A DNA stretch of 64,000 nucleotides from a virus (taxonomy: Duplodnaviria > Caudoviricetes): the IMG/VR virus record IMGVR_UViG_3300038345_000087, positions 1 through 64,000 of that record, one strand, 5' to 3'. Made by a program: the position numbers and the translations under genes. The notes beneath the pieces are model-generated. The model was given only the letters and a program-made list of their open reading frames with translations. It was not told the origin of the DNA and did no database searches. This document shows, one piece after another, positions 10,288 to 19,727 of this stretch. Each line of letters begins with the position of its first letter. The first letter of the stretch is position 1.

Positions 10288-10974
10288 ATGGGAACCAGAG
10301 CTTATGTTATTATTAAGGTAAAGGAGGCTGACAAAGGGCGTAGCCTTTCCTTCGACACAAAAAAACTGGATGCTGGCATGAAGCTGCTTGATGACCAAAA
10401 ATTCGAGAAGGGGCCAGATGGCTGCTATTGTCATGGATTACTTACGGATGACATCTTTAGAACCACGGAGAAAGTCTTTGCTAACTATCTGGCAATATAC
10501 GTGCAAAGTGATGGATATCCTACTGGTCTTGGTGCCTGTCTGCTTGAACATTTCAATTCCCATGAGAAGGCTATGAACCTTCTGGCAGCTGGTACTGCTG
10601 AAGCAATCTACGACGAGAAAATGATATATTGTGAACCTCGTCGCCGATCTCTCGAAGAAGATGGTTATGGCAACGCCTTTACACCCATCCAGTGTGCCAG
10701 TCCGACATCATGTGAGTCTTGGCAGTATCTCTTTTATGAAGGTCGATGGTATTGCCGTCAGTACGGTTCACGTTGGTACAATTTGGAAGAGCTTTTGAAT
10801 AAGAAAGGAGAGAATGCAGACGCGGATCTGCCAGATATGAAAGCGTACAAGTCAATTCCTTCATGGTACAAATATCCAGAGGCGCATGATAAGGCATACA
10901 ATGAGTTTAAGCAGATATGGAATAATATGCTTCCCGTCGGTCGTGGCCTCGTTCATCTTCGAGTTAATTCATAA
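10288..10974 (+). CDS. Hypothetical phage protein
   Basis: MGTRAY start and IYVQSDGYPTGLG motif. Confidence 0.65.
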   Translation: MGTRAYVIIKVKEADKGRSLSFDTKKLDAGMKLLDDQKFEKGPDGCYCHGLLTDDIFRTTEKVFANYLAIYVQSDGYPTGLGACLLEHFNSHEKAMNLLAAGTAEAIYDEKMIYCEPRRRSLEEDGYGNAFTPIQCASPTSCESWQYLFYEGRWYCRQYGSRWYNLEELLNKKGENADADLPDMKAYKSIPSWYKYPEAHDKAYNEFKQIWNNMLPVGRGLVHLRVNS

Positions 10975-11010
10975 ATTCATTCATTCATCATTTCATAAAT
11001 TCATTAAAAT

Positions 11011-11364
11011 ATGGCAAAGTCTAAGTACACATTTCAAGTTTCTGGTGTGATTGGCGAACATGGCCACCACCTTTGCATTCTCACATCTAACGAATATCCC
11101 TGGATGAACTGTCAGGTCATCCCTACCCCACCCGATATGCGTGACCAAATTCTTTCAGATCTGAATGAACGTGACGAAGATGTTGTGTTCGCTGCTGGTC
11201 GCACAGATTTCTGTGTTATCCAAGCAGGAGGCGGCACGCCAGAGCATCCGACTATCGAAATTACCGATGAGAATATGGAAGAGGTAGATCGCGCACTTTG
11301 CGAATGTATGCAAGCTGCCGCTGATTTTTGGGCTGAAAATGGCGAAAAAATAACTAAAAGATAA
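11011..11364 (+). CDS. Hypothetical protein
   Basis: 117-aa acidic ORF. Confidence 0.6.
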   Translation: MAKSKYTFQVSGVIGEHGHHLCILTSNEYPWMNCQVIPTPPDMRDQILSDLNERDEDVVFAAGRTDFCVIQAGGGTPEHPTIEITDENMEEVDRALCECMQAAADFWAENGEKITKR

Positions 11365-11401
11365 TTATTTTCAAGAAAAAGCGAAAATTTTTCCGTTTTT
11401 A

Positions 11402-11433
11402 TTTGGTGGTATCAAAGAAAAACCTTACCTTTG
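11402..11433 (+). promoter_or_regulatory. Bacteroidota sigma70 promoter
   Basis: TTTG-N20-TACCTTTG. Confidence 0.85.
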
Positions 11434-11487
11434 CATCGTCAATTAGAAGTTTAACCGCCTCCTGCGAGGCACAAAACAAACAAAACA

Positions 11488-12363
11488 ATGAGAACAACAA
11501 GACCTTCCGACCTTCATTTCAAGGTAATCAACGCAGTCATTAACACGCTTCGCAACCTGGATTCCGTGGCTTATGTTTCTGGTGGCAACGGTGGTTCCGG
11601 CTTCGGACTCTTTTCTCCCTCTGATGACTTCCATGTCATTCGTAAACAACTCTGGGACTTCGACCTCTGCGAGGACATCGATGCCAGCGACGAGGACTTT
11701 GACATCCTCTTCAACGAATGGGCTGAATACGATGAGTTTGATTCTGCCTTCCATTTCTACGAACTTTCCAACCGCGAAGGTCTCCGCCTTCAGGTCATGC
11801 TGAACCCCGAAATGTATGCCAACTCCCACCAACTCCGCGATATGATTGTGGAGGACTACGACGGCCTCTCATCCGTCGAAATCACCGAAGGCATGAACGG
11901 CTATCCCTACGCTCTCCGTGGTGCTGTCGTGGGTGTGAAGTCCTGGGATCAGGCTGCCCAAATATCCGACCTCTATGGCGTGGATCTGGTGAAGCTGCAA
12001 ACACGCGACGGATGGCAGTTCTACACCTCCTGCGGACACATCTACGAGGACTTCGATATGTTCGATGTCTATGCCGATGATCCTAATTTCTCCGTCTATA
12101 CTGAGATCTCTGAGTTCGTCGAAGTGATTGAAATGATGATGTCCGAAACGGATGAAGAGGACTTCGATGGTGACTTCTCTTCCTTCATGGCAGTTCTTCA
12201 GTCGCTTCGCGATGCCATTTGCGAAATCGACCTTACAGATAAAGTCCTCCTGGTGCCTTCTTCCAACTGGCGTGGCTACGAGGTCATCGACCGCTACGTG
12301 CCACACTACCACTACGATGTTTGGACGAATGACATCGCCCTCGACTGTCGCGTTATATTATAA
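11488..12363 (+). CDS. Highly acidic hypothetical protein (possible DNA mimic)
   Basis: 291 aa, very D/E-rich, first gene after a promoter. Confidence 0.65.
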   Translation: MRTTRPSDLHFKVINAVINTLRNLDSVAYVSGGNGGSGFGLFSPSDDFHVIRKQLWDFDLCEDIDASDEDFDILFNEWAEYDEFDSAFHFYELSNREGLRLQVMLNPEMYANSHQLRDMIVEDYDGLSSVEITEGMNGYPYALRGAVVGVKSWDQAAQISDLYGVDLVKLQTRDGWQFYTSCGHIYEDFDMFDVYADDPNFSVYTEISEFVEVIEMMMSETDEEDFDGDFSSFMAVLQSLRDAICEIDLTDKVLLVPSSNWRGYEVIDRYVPHYHYDVWTNDIALDCRVIL

Positions 12364-12409
12364 TAATGTATTCACCGATTTTTCAAAAATCACAAAACAA
12401 TTCCCCGCT

Positions 12410-13996
12410 ATGACTCAGCAAGACTATATCGCCCTCGTCAACCAGGCTAACCGCGCCTCCTATGAGTACTACGTCCTCTCTCGTCCTTCTATGTCGGATG
12501 CCGACTTCGACAAAATCATCATGTACCTCGAAGGCTGCGAGTATGAACACCCCGAATGGATCGTGCCGGACTCCCCCACTCAGCGCGTAGGTTCCGACCT
12601 CTCCGCCAATGGCCGCCGCACCATCGCACACCGTACCCCTATGCTATCCTGCCAGAAGGCTCAGACTGTCGAAGCGGTCGAGAGCTGGAAGCGTAATATC
12701 ATGTCTGAAGGATTAACAGACGGCAATCTTCTTCTGTCGTGGAAATACGATGGTATCAGCTGCTCACTGGTGTATGTGGATGGCATACTCATCGAGGCAA
12801 GCACACGTGGCGATGGAGAAAAGGGACAGGACATCCTTCCCCATGTTTCCATGATGCCATCTGTTCCTAAAACACTCGCATTCTTTCCGTCCTCAGATGA
12901 AGAAACCGATTACATGCGTTTCCATCCTGTTTCTTTCCAGGATTCGGGACGCATCGAAATCCGTGGTGAAATTGTATGCCCTAAGAACATCCTCTCTAAA
13001 CTGTCAAACAGCTATAAGGATTGTCGTACTGCCGCATCCAGCCTGTGCAATATGACAATCCCTGATGCTGACTGCTCAAAACTGGTGTTCTGTGTGTGGG
13101 ATGTGGATTTTCCAAAATGGCCTACCATCAACGATTCTCATAGTGTTGCCCGTCGTTTCGTCTCGCATGTTGGTTTCAACGTGGACTATCTCTGTGTCTC
13201 TATCGATGATGAAGATGGAATGTCACCCTGGCTTCAGGAGTTTACTGCAAAGCGTGAAGCACTCCAATATCCTACGGATGGCGTGGTGATCTGTCTCGAC
13301 AACAAGAGAGACTTCCGTTCCCTCGGTTCTACCGCCCACCACCCCCACGGCTCCATTGCCTACAAGTTCTCAGCTCAGAAGGCCGTCACCACCTGCACTC
13401 GTATCGAAGTGACCACCGGCAAGTCTGGCCGACGTACTCCCGTGGCTTACTTCTCTCCCGTCACCATCCTGGGACGCGAAGTAAGCCGTGCCTCCCTCTA
13501 TTCCGAACTCAATGCCGCCAAACTCGGCATCACCGTCGGCTCTACCATCGAAGTAGGTCTCTCCAACGACGTGACACCAAAGGTCTATCGCGTTATATCC
13601 CCTGCGGATAATCACCCCTCTCAGGATGGTTCCGTATGTGGTGATATTATCGCCACCACCGCACCCTCTGTGCCGGTCGATGTTCCAACTGTTCAAGAAG
13701 AGGAAGAGGAAGATTCTCTCTGGATAGCTCCTTCTCTCTTTCCTGAAGAAGAACTTACTCAGTTAGCAAGTGACCAAGATAGTGACCAAGTTGTTCCGTT
13801 GGATGAAGTAGTATGTGATGATGGAAGAGATACCGAACAGACTCTTAATGATTCCTCTTCTGCTCCAGTCACATCCTTTGCTGCCATCGCAGCTGCTACG
13901 CTATCTATTCTTGCCATTGTGCTATTGGTGCCAGCAGCTATTGCAGCTATTGCCTTTGGCTTCCCTCTTTTCAATGGTTCATTCAAAGTTTCATAA
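12410..13996 (+). CDS. ligA: Truncated NAD-dependent DNA ligase (Ia, adenylation and OB domains) with acidic linker and C-terminal hydrophobic segment
   Basis: YY..SDADFD, DSPTQRVG, H.TPMLS, KYDG active site, STRGDG, EIRGE, TDGVV, IAYKF, GKSGRRTPVA; no Zn-finger/HhH/BRCT. Confidence 0.85.
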   Translation: MTQQDYIALVNQANRASYEYYVLSRPSMSDADFDKIIMYLEGCEYEHPEWIVPDSPTQRVGSDLSANGRRTIAHRTPMLSCQKAQTVEAVESWKRNIMSEGLTDGNLLLSWKYDGISCSLVYVDGILIEASTRGDGEKGQDILPHVSMMPSVPKTLAFFPSSDEETDYMRFHPVSFQDSGRIEIRGEIVCPKNILSKLSNSYKDCRTAASSLCNMTIPDADCSKLVFCVWDVDFPKWPTINDSHSVARRFVSHVGFNVDYLCVSIDDEDGMSPWLQEFTAKREALQYPTDGVVICLDNKRDFRSLGSTAHHPHGSIAYKFSAQKAVTTCTRIEVTTGKSGRRTPVAYFSPVTILGREVSRASLYSELNAAKLGITVGSTIEVGLSNDVTPKVYRVISPADNHPSQDGSVCGDIIATTAPSVPVDVPTVQEEEEEDSLWIAPSLFPEEELTQLASDQDSDQVVPLDEVVCDDGRDTEQTLNDSSSAPVTSFAAIAAATLSILAIVLLVPAAIAAIAFGFPLFNGSFKVS

Positions 13997-14030
13997 ATTC
14001 ATCAATTCATTAAATCATACATTCATCAAT

Positions 14031-14969
14031 ATGGAAGAAAACAAACAACTTCAATCCCTTCCCATCTGGGACGGAAACCTCTCTCAGTATGCTATGGCAT
14101 TTACTACTGGTATGCAGTTTCACGCGCCATTCATTGTGACGCAACACCAACAGCGTAGTGACCTTGGTCAATGTATCATTAGCACTCGTGCTCCTCATTT
14201 TGTTTGCAAGGTGCATTCTTTCAAAACTCACTTCGAGGCAAAGCCTGGTAAGGAAGGCTATAATCAGAAGTTCTACGATTTGACTCAACGCGAAGAGGAG
14301 CGCAGACACGATTGGCTTGAACAGCGTGCCCAAGCCTTCCAGAACGAAGAGGATGCTGCTCGTCTTGGGCTTTCAATCCGTCAGTATATAGAGGAACAAA
14401 ATCGCGTATATGACGAAGAATTTGATGAGCCGCGTATTATTGTGAAGGTGCCTGGCCTGAATGCTTACCTCGAATTACTTGGCTGTCTGGATGCTGTGGA
14501 TGATGTCGATTGGGTAGGGGAGTATGGTGTGCTTCAGACGCTCGACCGCATGGCTCTATGGGCACAGAACATTTGGGATCGTCAGGACCGTCGCCCTCGT
14601 GCATCCACCATTATGGAACCGCAACCGCTTCCCGAATGGGAGGAGGACTATGATCCCGAACTTCGTCCTATGATGCCTAAGAAACGTGGTATAGGGCATA
14701 CTTATATCGACCCTTCCCGCCGTCCAGAGCTTCAACACTCATTGGCTCCATCCTTTGACCGCGACAAACATGGTATGGTTAAACTCATCAAAGCCACCAC
14801 CGCAGATCTCGCAGCTCAGGGTATAGCACCTGAAAATTATGGTGAAGGTGACTTCTCTCAGCATTGTGACGAAATCCGTGCGGCAATGAATGGTGATGAA
14901 GCCATGAGACGCAAGCATCCAAACTATAAGGAGGCATACGAACAGTTATCACAACTCTTTAAGAAATAA
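14031..14969 (+). CDS. Hypothetical protein
   Basis: 312-aa ORF from ATG 14031. Confidence 0.65.
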   Translation: MEENKQLQSLPIWDGNLSQYAMAFTTGMQFHAPFIVTQHQQRSDLGQCIISTRAPHFVCKVHSFKTHFEAKPGKEGYNQKFYDLTQREEERRHDWLEQRAQAFQNEEDAARLGLSIRQYIEEQNRVYDEEFDEPRIIVKVPGLNAYLELLGCLDAVDDVDWVGEYGVLQTLDRMALWAQNIWDRQDRRPRASTIMEPQPLPEWEEDYDPELRPMMPKKRGIGHTYIDPSRRPELQHSLAPSFDRDKHGMVKLIKATTADLAAQGIAPENYGEGDFSQHCDEIRAAMNGDEAMRRKHPNYKEAYEQLSQLFKK

Positions 14970-15121
14970 ATTCTCGTTATAGGACCTCAAAAAAATCACA
15001 ATTTTTCATTATTTCATCAATTCATACATGAATTTATGAGTGAATGAAGAAATAAATGAAAATATGTATTGTCAATTCAAACAAATATAGTACTTTTGTA
15101 CTCGAAATCAATAATAATAAT

Positions 15122-15988
15122 ATGGCACGATTAAAAGAAGTACTGGCTTTCGCCAATAATAAGGGTGGGGTAGCAAAGACTACTACCGTACAGAACGTAG
15201 CAGCTGGACTGCTCAGACGTGATCCTTCACTACGCATCCTTTGTATTGATCTTGATCCGCAAGGAAACCTATCTTCTCTTCTGGGATGGCGTGAACACCT
15301 TAAAGAGTTTAAGGGACATTTATATACTATTGCCGATTCTCTTCGTGATGGTGATAACAACCATTTACCCGTGTTCCGAAGCTCTGATGGCATATTCTAT
15401 GTGCCAGCTTCTCCCATGTTGGCAGAGATAGATCCTGACCTTCATCGCCAGATGCAACCTAAACTTGTATTGGCATCGCTGTTTGGCAATGATATTCATT
15501 ATATGGACGCACTTTACCTCAATGCTGAACCATTGACAACGGAAATAGGTGGTGATTATATTGAGGACTGTTTTGACTATGTGCTCATTGATTGTGCTCC
15601 AGCACTGTCGGAACTTACTTACAATGCCCTTGGTGCTGCAACTGGCGTTATTATCCCCGTGCAGCTTGGTTCACTTAGTGTGGATGGTATTGGCCGCATG
15701 ATGGAGGCATTTAAGGCTGTTAAGCGGAAGCTAAACAACGACCTAACAATGCGTGGTCTCTTGATTGTTATGGCAGACGAACGAACTAATTTGGCTCGTG
15801 AAACATCTGAGTTCCTTCGTGACACATACGATGCTGATATGTTCAAAACGCGCATCCGTCAGTGTGTGAAGGTTGGAGAGAGTCAATTTCAGCATCAGGA
15901 TATATTTACTTATGCTCCTGACTGTACTGCTGCCCGTGACTATGATGAATTTATCACAGAATTATTAGAACCTCAAAATGAAAAATAA
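15122..15988 (+). CDS. parA: ParA/Soj partition ATPase
   Basis: NNKGGVAKTTT deviant Walker A, IDLDPQGN, DYVLIDCAP. Confidence 0.95.
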   Translation: MARLKEVLAFANNKGGVAKTTTVQNVAAGLLRRDPSLRILCIDLDPQGNLSSLLGWREHLKEFKGHLYTIADSLRDGDNNHLPVFRSSDGIFYVPASPMLAEIDPDLHRQMQPKLVLASLFGNDIHYMDALYLNAEPLTTEIGGDYIEDCFDYVLIDCAPALSELTYNALGAATGVIIPVQLGSLSVDGIGRMMEAFKAVKRKLNNDLTMRGLLIVMADERTNLARETSEFLRDTYDADMFKTRIRQCVKVGESQFQHQDIFTYAPDCTAARDYDEFITELLEPQNEK

Positions 15989-15990
15989 CT

Positions 15991-16290
15991 ATGGCTACAA
16001 AATCATTTAAGAAGAAATCTATTGTGGCTGGTTCTCCTGCCATTCAGGAACACGAGGCCATGATGTCTCAAGTGCTTACAGAAGAGCAACCTTCTACAAC
16101 TCCGGCTCATACACCATCTGTCTTTTCATCGGCTCAACTTGAACCAATGAAGAATGTGCAGACTCGTGTGCCTCTATCCATATACGAGAAGTTGAATCGT
16201 ATGAAGTATTTTGCGGGGAAACGAACGTCTATTGGTGATATAGTGGCAACCGCTATTCAGGAATATGTAGAACGGCATCCTGTTCAGTAA
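15991..16290 (+). CDS. Small ribbon-helix-helix centromere-binding protein (type Ib partition partner)
   Basis: 99 aa directly after parA; beta-alpha-alpha C-terminus (VQTRVPLSIYEKL..SIGDIVATAIQEYV). Confidence 0.7.
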   Translation: MATKSFKKKSIVAGSPAIQEHEAMMSQVLTEEQPSTTPAHTPSVFSSAQLEPMKNVQTRVPLSIYEKLNRMKYFAGKRTSIGDIVATAIQEYVERHPVQ

Positions 16291-16291
16291 A

Positions 16292-16649
16292 TAGTTACCA
16301 TGTTTTACCAAAACATAAACAGGTTGTGTCGTTTGTTGTTCAAAGCATACAAAAGTGGAATAGTTACCACGTTTTACCAAAACGATACCGCCATTTACCG
16401 TTCCTCTTTCCTCTTTCATCCAAAATAGTTACCATGTTTTACCAAAAATAAGGCATATTTATCTATTATTCTTTGATATTCAACTTATTCAATGGTATTA
16501 CGCATATTTATGGAGTATATAAAAGTATATTGGACTGTAAAAAACGCCTACAAGGCCCATTGTAGCGAGGTTTCTACAAATTCTTTTGGTAAATTATGGT
16601 AACTGTTTTGGTAAATCATGGTAACTGTTTTGGTCAAACTCAGTAATAA
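16292..16649. repeat. Iterons / plasmid replication origin
   Basis: TAGTTACCAYGTTTTACCAAAA at 16292, 16361, 16426; inverted tandem 22-mers at 16584, 16606 and degenerate 16628; AT-rich spacer; directly upstream of rep. Confidence 0.85.
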
Positions 16650-16666
16650 CTCTTGTAAAACGTAGT

Positions 16667-18166
16667 ATGGAAGATAATAAGGATAAAGAAAAGGGTAAAA
16701 AAGGTAAGAAACCCAAGAAACAGGCGAAGCAAGATAAGTTGATGGTTTCGTCTAATTCCATGTATTCTGAATTACGTGATGTGCGCTGGCTTTATAATCC
16801 AGTTGTTTATTCTCAGCTTTCAGGTGATTTTACGCTGATGCAGCAACGCATTCTTGTTGGTATCATTGAAAAGCTGCAACAGCGTATAATAGACTCTGTG
16901 GATGTGCAACATAGGGAAAAGTCCTTCCCTGCCATCTTTGAGGACTCTGAATTGATGAATCAGAACACTATTGACCTCAATATCTCTGCTGCCGATCTTG
17001 GTGTCATCCCTGCGCATTATGACCAGTTGGAACAAGCTGCAACAGCTCTTAGCAGTATTACCATGAAGTACCCTATATATGATTCTAAGGGTAGAGTCTC
17101 TCGACATGTTGCTGCCTCTCTATTTCCAAGAATTGAGATAGCCCATACGGAAAGTGAACTTCGTCGTACTGGCATCCTTCGCGTAGTAATGCTTACAGAG
17201 AACATTCGTGATATATTTACTATGCAGCACGGTTTTGTTAAGCATGTTTCTCACATCGCTCGTATTGCTCTGAAGAAGCGTACACCACGATTATATATCT
17301 ATCTTTCGCGTTTTAAGGAGATAGGACATAAGAAGGTGCCATATAAAGATCTCGTAGAGTTCCTTGGTCTTACAGACGAATACTATTATGAGACAAATAT
17401 AGGCTCTAATCCTTATACATCATGGGCAAAGGTGAAGCAATTAGTGCTGGAACCTGTTAAACAGGAAATGGACGAACTGGCCGCCGCTGGTGAAATCAAC
17501 TTCTCATTTGAGTATGAACCTATATTTCCTAATGGAAAGACTCGTGGTATTCCAGATGAAGTACTTTTCAAAATGAAAAACTCCTCAATGGGTGAACAGA
17601 AGGCTGCTGAAGATTATCGCACGAATAGTATATATAATTTTATTGACACATACGTTGCATGGTGCCCTGACCTTTCCATCCATGCCCTTCAGGAACTTGT
17701 AAAAAATATGAATGATGACACGCTCAAGCAGTTCATCGATTTTGCATTTAATGATGTGCGCCGTATTGTAGAACGTAAGCAGCCGGACGATGTGGCTTCA
17801 TACGTGATGGGCATACTGCGTAAATGGAAACGTGAACACCTACATCCAGTGCAGCAGACTCTTTTTGATGAAGAGAAACCCAAGGAGCCTGAGAAGCCAG
17901 CGGAGATACCAGGGCAGTATGCTGATGAATGGAAAACAATTCTATCTCGATACAATGGCATACTGAAGCCTTATCTCCTTAAAGCTCGACATTTTGGTAC
18001 GTCTCGTGGTTTTATCTTGATATATTTCCCTTCACAACAGCTGCTTGATGAATTTAATAAGGAGGAACCGAATGACAAAAATGTTTTGCGTGATTTAATG
18101 AAAGAGGTTTTGGGTATGTCTGGCTACATCCTTGTTCGTGGTCTTGATCCTGCTGCAAAAAAGTAG
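16667..18166 (+). CDS. Plasmid replication initiator (Rep_3/RepB winged-helix family)
   Basis: FTLMQQRIL, RLYIYLSRF, Y..WAKVKQLVLEPVKQEM pattern; adjacent iterons and par genes. Confidence 0.8.
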   Translation: MEDNKDKEKGKKGKKPKKQAKQDKLMVSSNSMYSELRDVRWLYNPVVYSQLSGDFTLMQQRILVGIIEKLQQRIIDSVDVQHREKSFPAIFEDSELMNQNTIDLNISAADLGVIPAHYDQLEQAATALSSITMKYPIYDSKGRVSRHVAASLFPRIEIAHTESELRRTGILRVVMLTENIRDIFTMQHGFVKHVSHIARIALKKRTPRLYIYLSRFKEIGHKKVPYKDLVEFLGLTDEYYYETNIGSNPYTSWAKVKQLVLEPVKQEMDELAAAGEINFSFEYEPIFPNGKTRGIPDEVLFKMKNSSMGEQKAAEDYRTNSIYNFIDTYVAWCPDLSIHALQELVKNMNDDTLKQFIDFAFNDVRRIVERKQPDDVASYVMGILRKWKREHLHPVQQTLFDEEKPKEPEKPAEIPGQYADEWKTILSRYNGILKPYLLKARHFGTSRGFILIYFPSQQLLDEFNKEEPNDKNVLRDLMKEVLGMSGYILVRGLDPAAKK

Positions 18167-18289
18167 TGTCCCGCTATTTATAGACCTTATCTCATGTGCT
18201 CACTGACAACCAGTGGGCATTTTTTTGTTCCGTTCATATTATTCGCATGTCCTATATTTGCATCATAAAACAAATTCATCATTATAGCC

Positions 18290-18919
18290 ATGCGAATAAA
18301 ATCACTGTTTTTCGGATTTCTGTTCGGCATAATTGTTGCCGTTATCTCTTCATGTGCTTCAACAAAATCTTCTACTTCTCATAGTGAAGGACATGAAAGT
18401 GATTCAACAGCAATCACTACTATTGTTCATAGTGGGGTGGGGCAGACCTCATTTAATGTTGACTCACTATTTCGTCTATGGGTTGCTCGTGATTTGTTGC
18501 ATCAGTCCACATCAGAGACTTCTACAGAACATATAACAGAAACCATCACATCCTATATAGATTCGTTGGGTCGTGAAGTACGTCAGGAACAGCGTACCAT
18601 TGACCGTAATGAAGCACGTCAACAGGAATTGCGTTTTCAACAATGGCAACAACAACAGGAACAACGTATAGCATCCGAATATGCTCGCATAGATTCTCTT
18701 TATGCTATGTTCCAACAGATGCAATCTACGCATCAATCTGACAGTATCAGTCATCTGGATCAGAAAGAACCTGTTGAAACACTTACGTGGTGGGGTAGGG
18801 TAGAGCAATGGATTGGTAGGCGTGCCATAATCTTGATTATAACAGTAATCATTATGTTTGTGATTTGGCATTATGCAAAGCCCATTCATGCTTTCCTCTC
18901 TAAATTCATCAAGAAATGA
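18290..18919 (+). CDS. Lipoprotein with C-terminal transmembrane helix; candidate unimolecular spanin
   Basis: Signal peptide with lipobox ISSC, Q-rich coiled region, C-terminal AIILIITVIIMFVIW. Confidence 0.6.
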   Translation: MRIKSLFFGFLFGIIVAVISSCASTKSSTSHSEGHESDSTAITTIVHSGVGQTSFNVDSLFRLWVARDLLHQSTSETSTEHITETITSYIDSLGREVRQEQRTIDRNEARQQELRFQQWQQQQEQRIASEYARIDSLYAMFQQMQSTHQSDSISHLDQKEPVETLTWWGRVEQWIGRRAIILIITVIIMFVIWHYAKPIHAFLSKFIKK

Positions 18920-18978
18920 CAGCTGGCTCGCTGTATTCATAAATTCATTCATTCATCATTTCATTAAATCATCAACAC

Positions 18979-19641
18979 ATGAAGAAGTTTCTCATTTTTT
19001 GTATGTCAGTCTTGCTTTTTGTAGGCATGGCTGCATGTTTCTCCTCGTGTAAGCATAACAAACAAGAACCTCCACCTGACATCGGCTATGTCTCGCTTGG
19101 TACCACACAGGGTTCTCTTGATGTGGATAACGTCATCAGTACCGATCGTGAATATATGTTCATCCACTATGGCGAAGATTACCGCTGGTATGAGACGTGC
19201 ATGGTTCTGACGAATTATCTTGATGCTGAAACACAGGATGGGTCTCTTACAGAAGTTACCAACGTGTTCCAGAGTTATGATAAGGTGCCGTCAGGAGGTG
19301 CAGACACTTACGTTATTCTTGCCTATCACCCTGCTTACGGAAATGCTTATCTTGAAGTAGAACATGGTTTCTGGATCGAGGATTTCACATTGAATGGTGA
19401 GGACATTAAAGTATCATTTACTGAAGCATTTGAAAAAGTGATGGCATCTAATTACGTCAAGCCTCACTCGCGCCATTGTGTCCTACGAAAACAGGTTGGG
19501 CCTATACCGGCTAATCCTCAGTACATCTTCGGTAATACTCATTCGCAACTTTATGTCGATGCTGTCACGGGTGCTGTATCGGACCAGAATCCCGCCTTCA
19601 ATGGATTCCCTTTCGCCCTCCCCCTTGGTGAGTGGCCCTGA
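18979..19641 (+). CDS. Lipoprotein with PepSY-like C-terminus
   Basis: Lipobox FSSC; LYVDAVTGAV. Confidence 0.65.
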   Translation: MKKFLIFCMSVLLFVGMAACFSSCKHNKQEPPPDIGYVSLGTTQGSLDVDNVISTDREYMFIHYGEDYRWYETCMVLTNYLDAETQDGSLTEVTNVFQSYDKVPSGGADTYVILAYHPAYGNAYLEVEHGFWIEDFTLNGEDIKVSFTEAFEKVMASNYVKPHSRHCVLRKQVGPIPANPQYIFGNTHSQLYVDAVTGAVSDQNPAFNGFPFALPLGEWP

Positions 19642-19698
19642 CCATGTGGTTGTGATGTAGATTTCACAACCACATCCATGAGCCAGCTGTCATAAATA

Positions 19699-19727
19699 AA
19701 GGAACCCACTATTTCGGTGGGTTCCTT
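19699..19727. terminator. Terminator hairpin between convergent genes
   Basis: AAGGAACCCAC-tatttcg-GTGGGTTCCTT. Confidence 0.75.
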
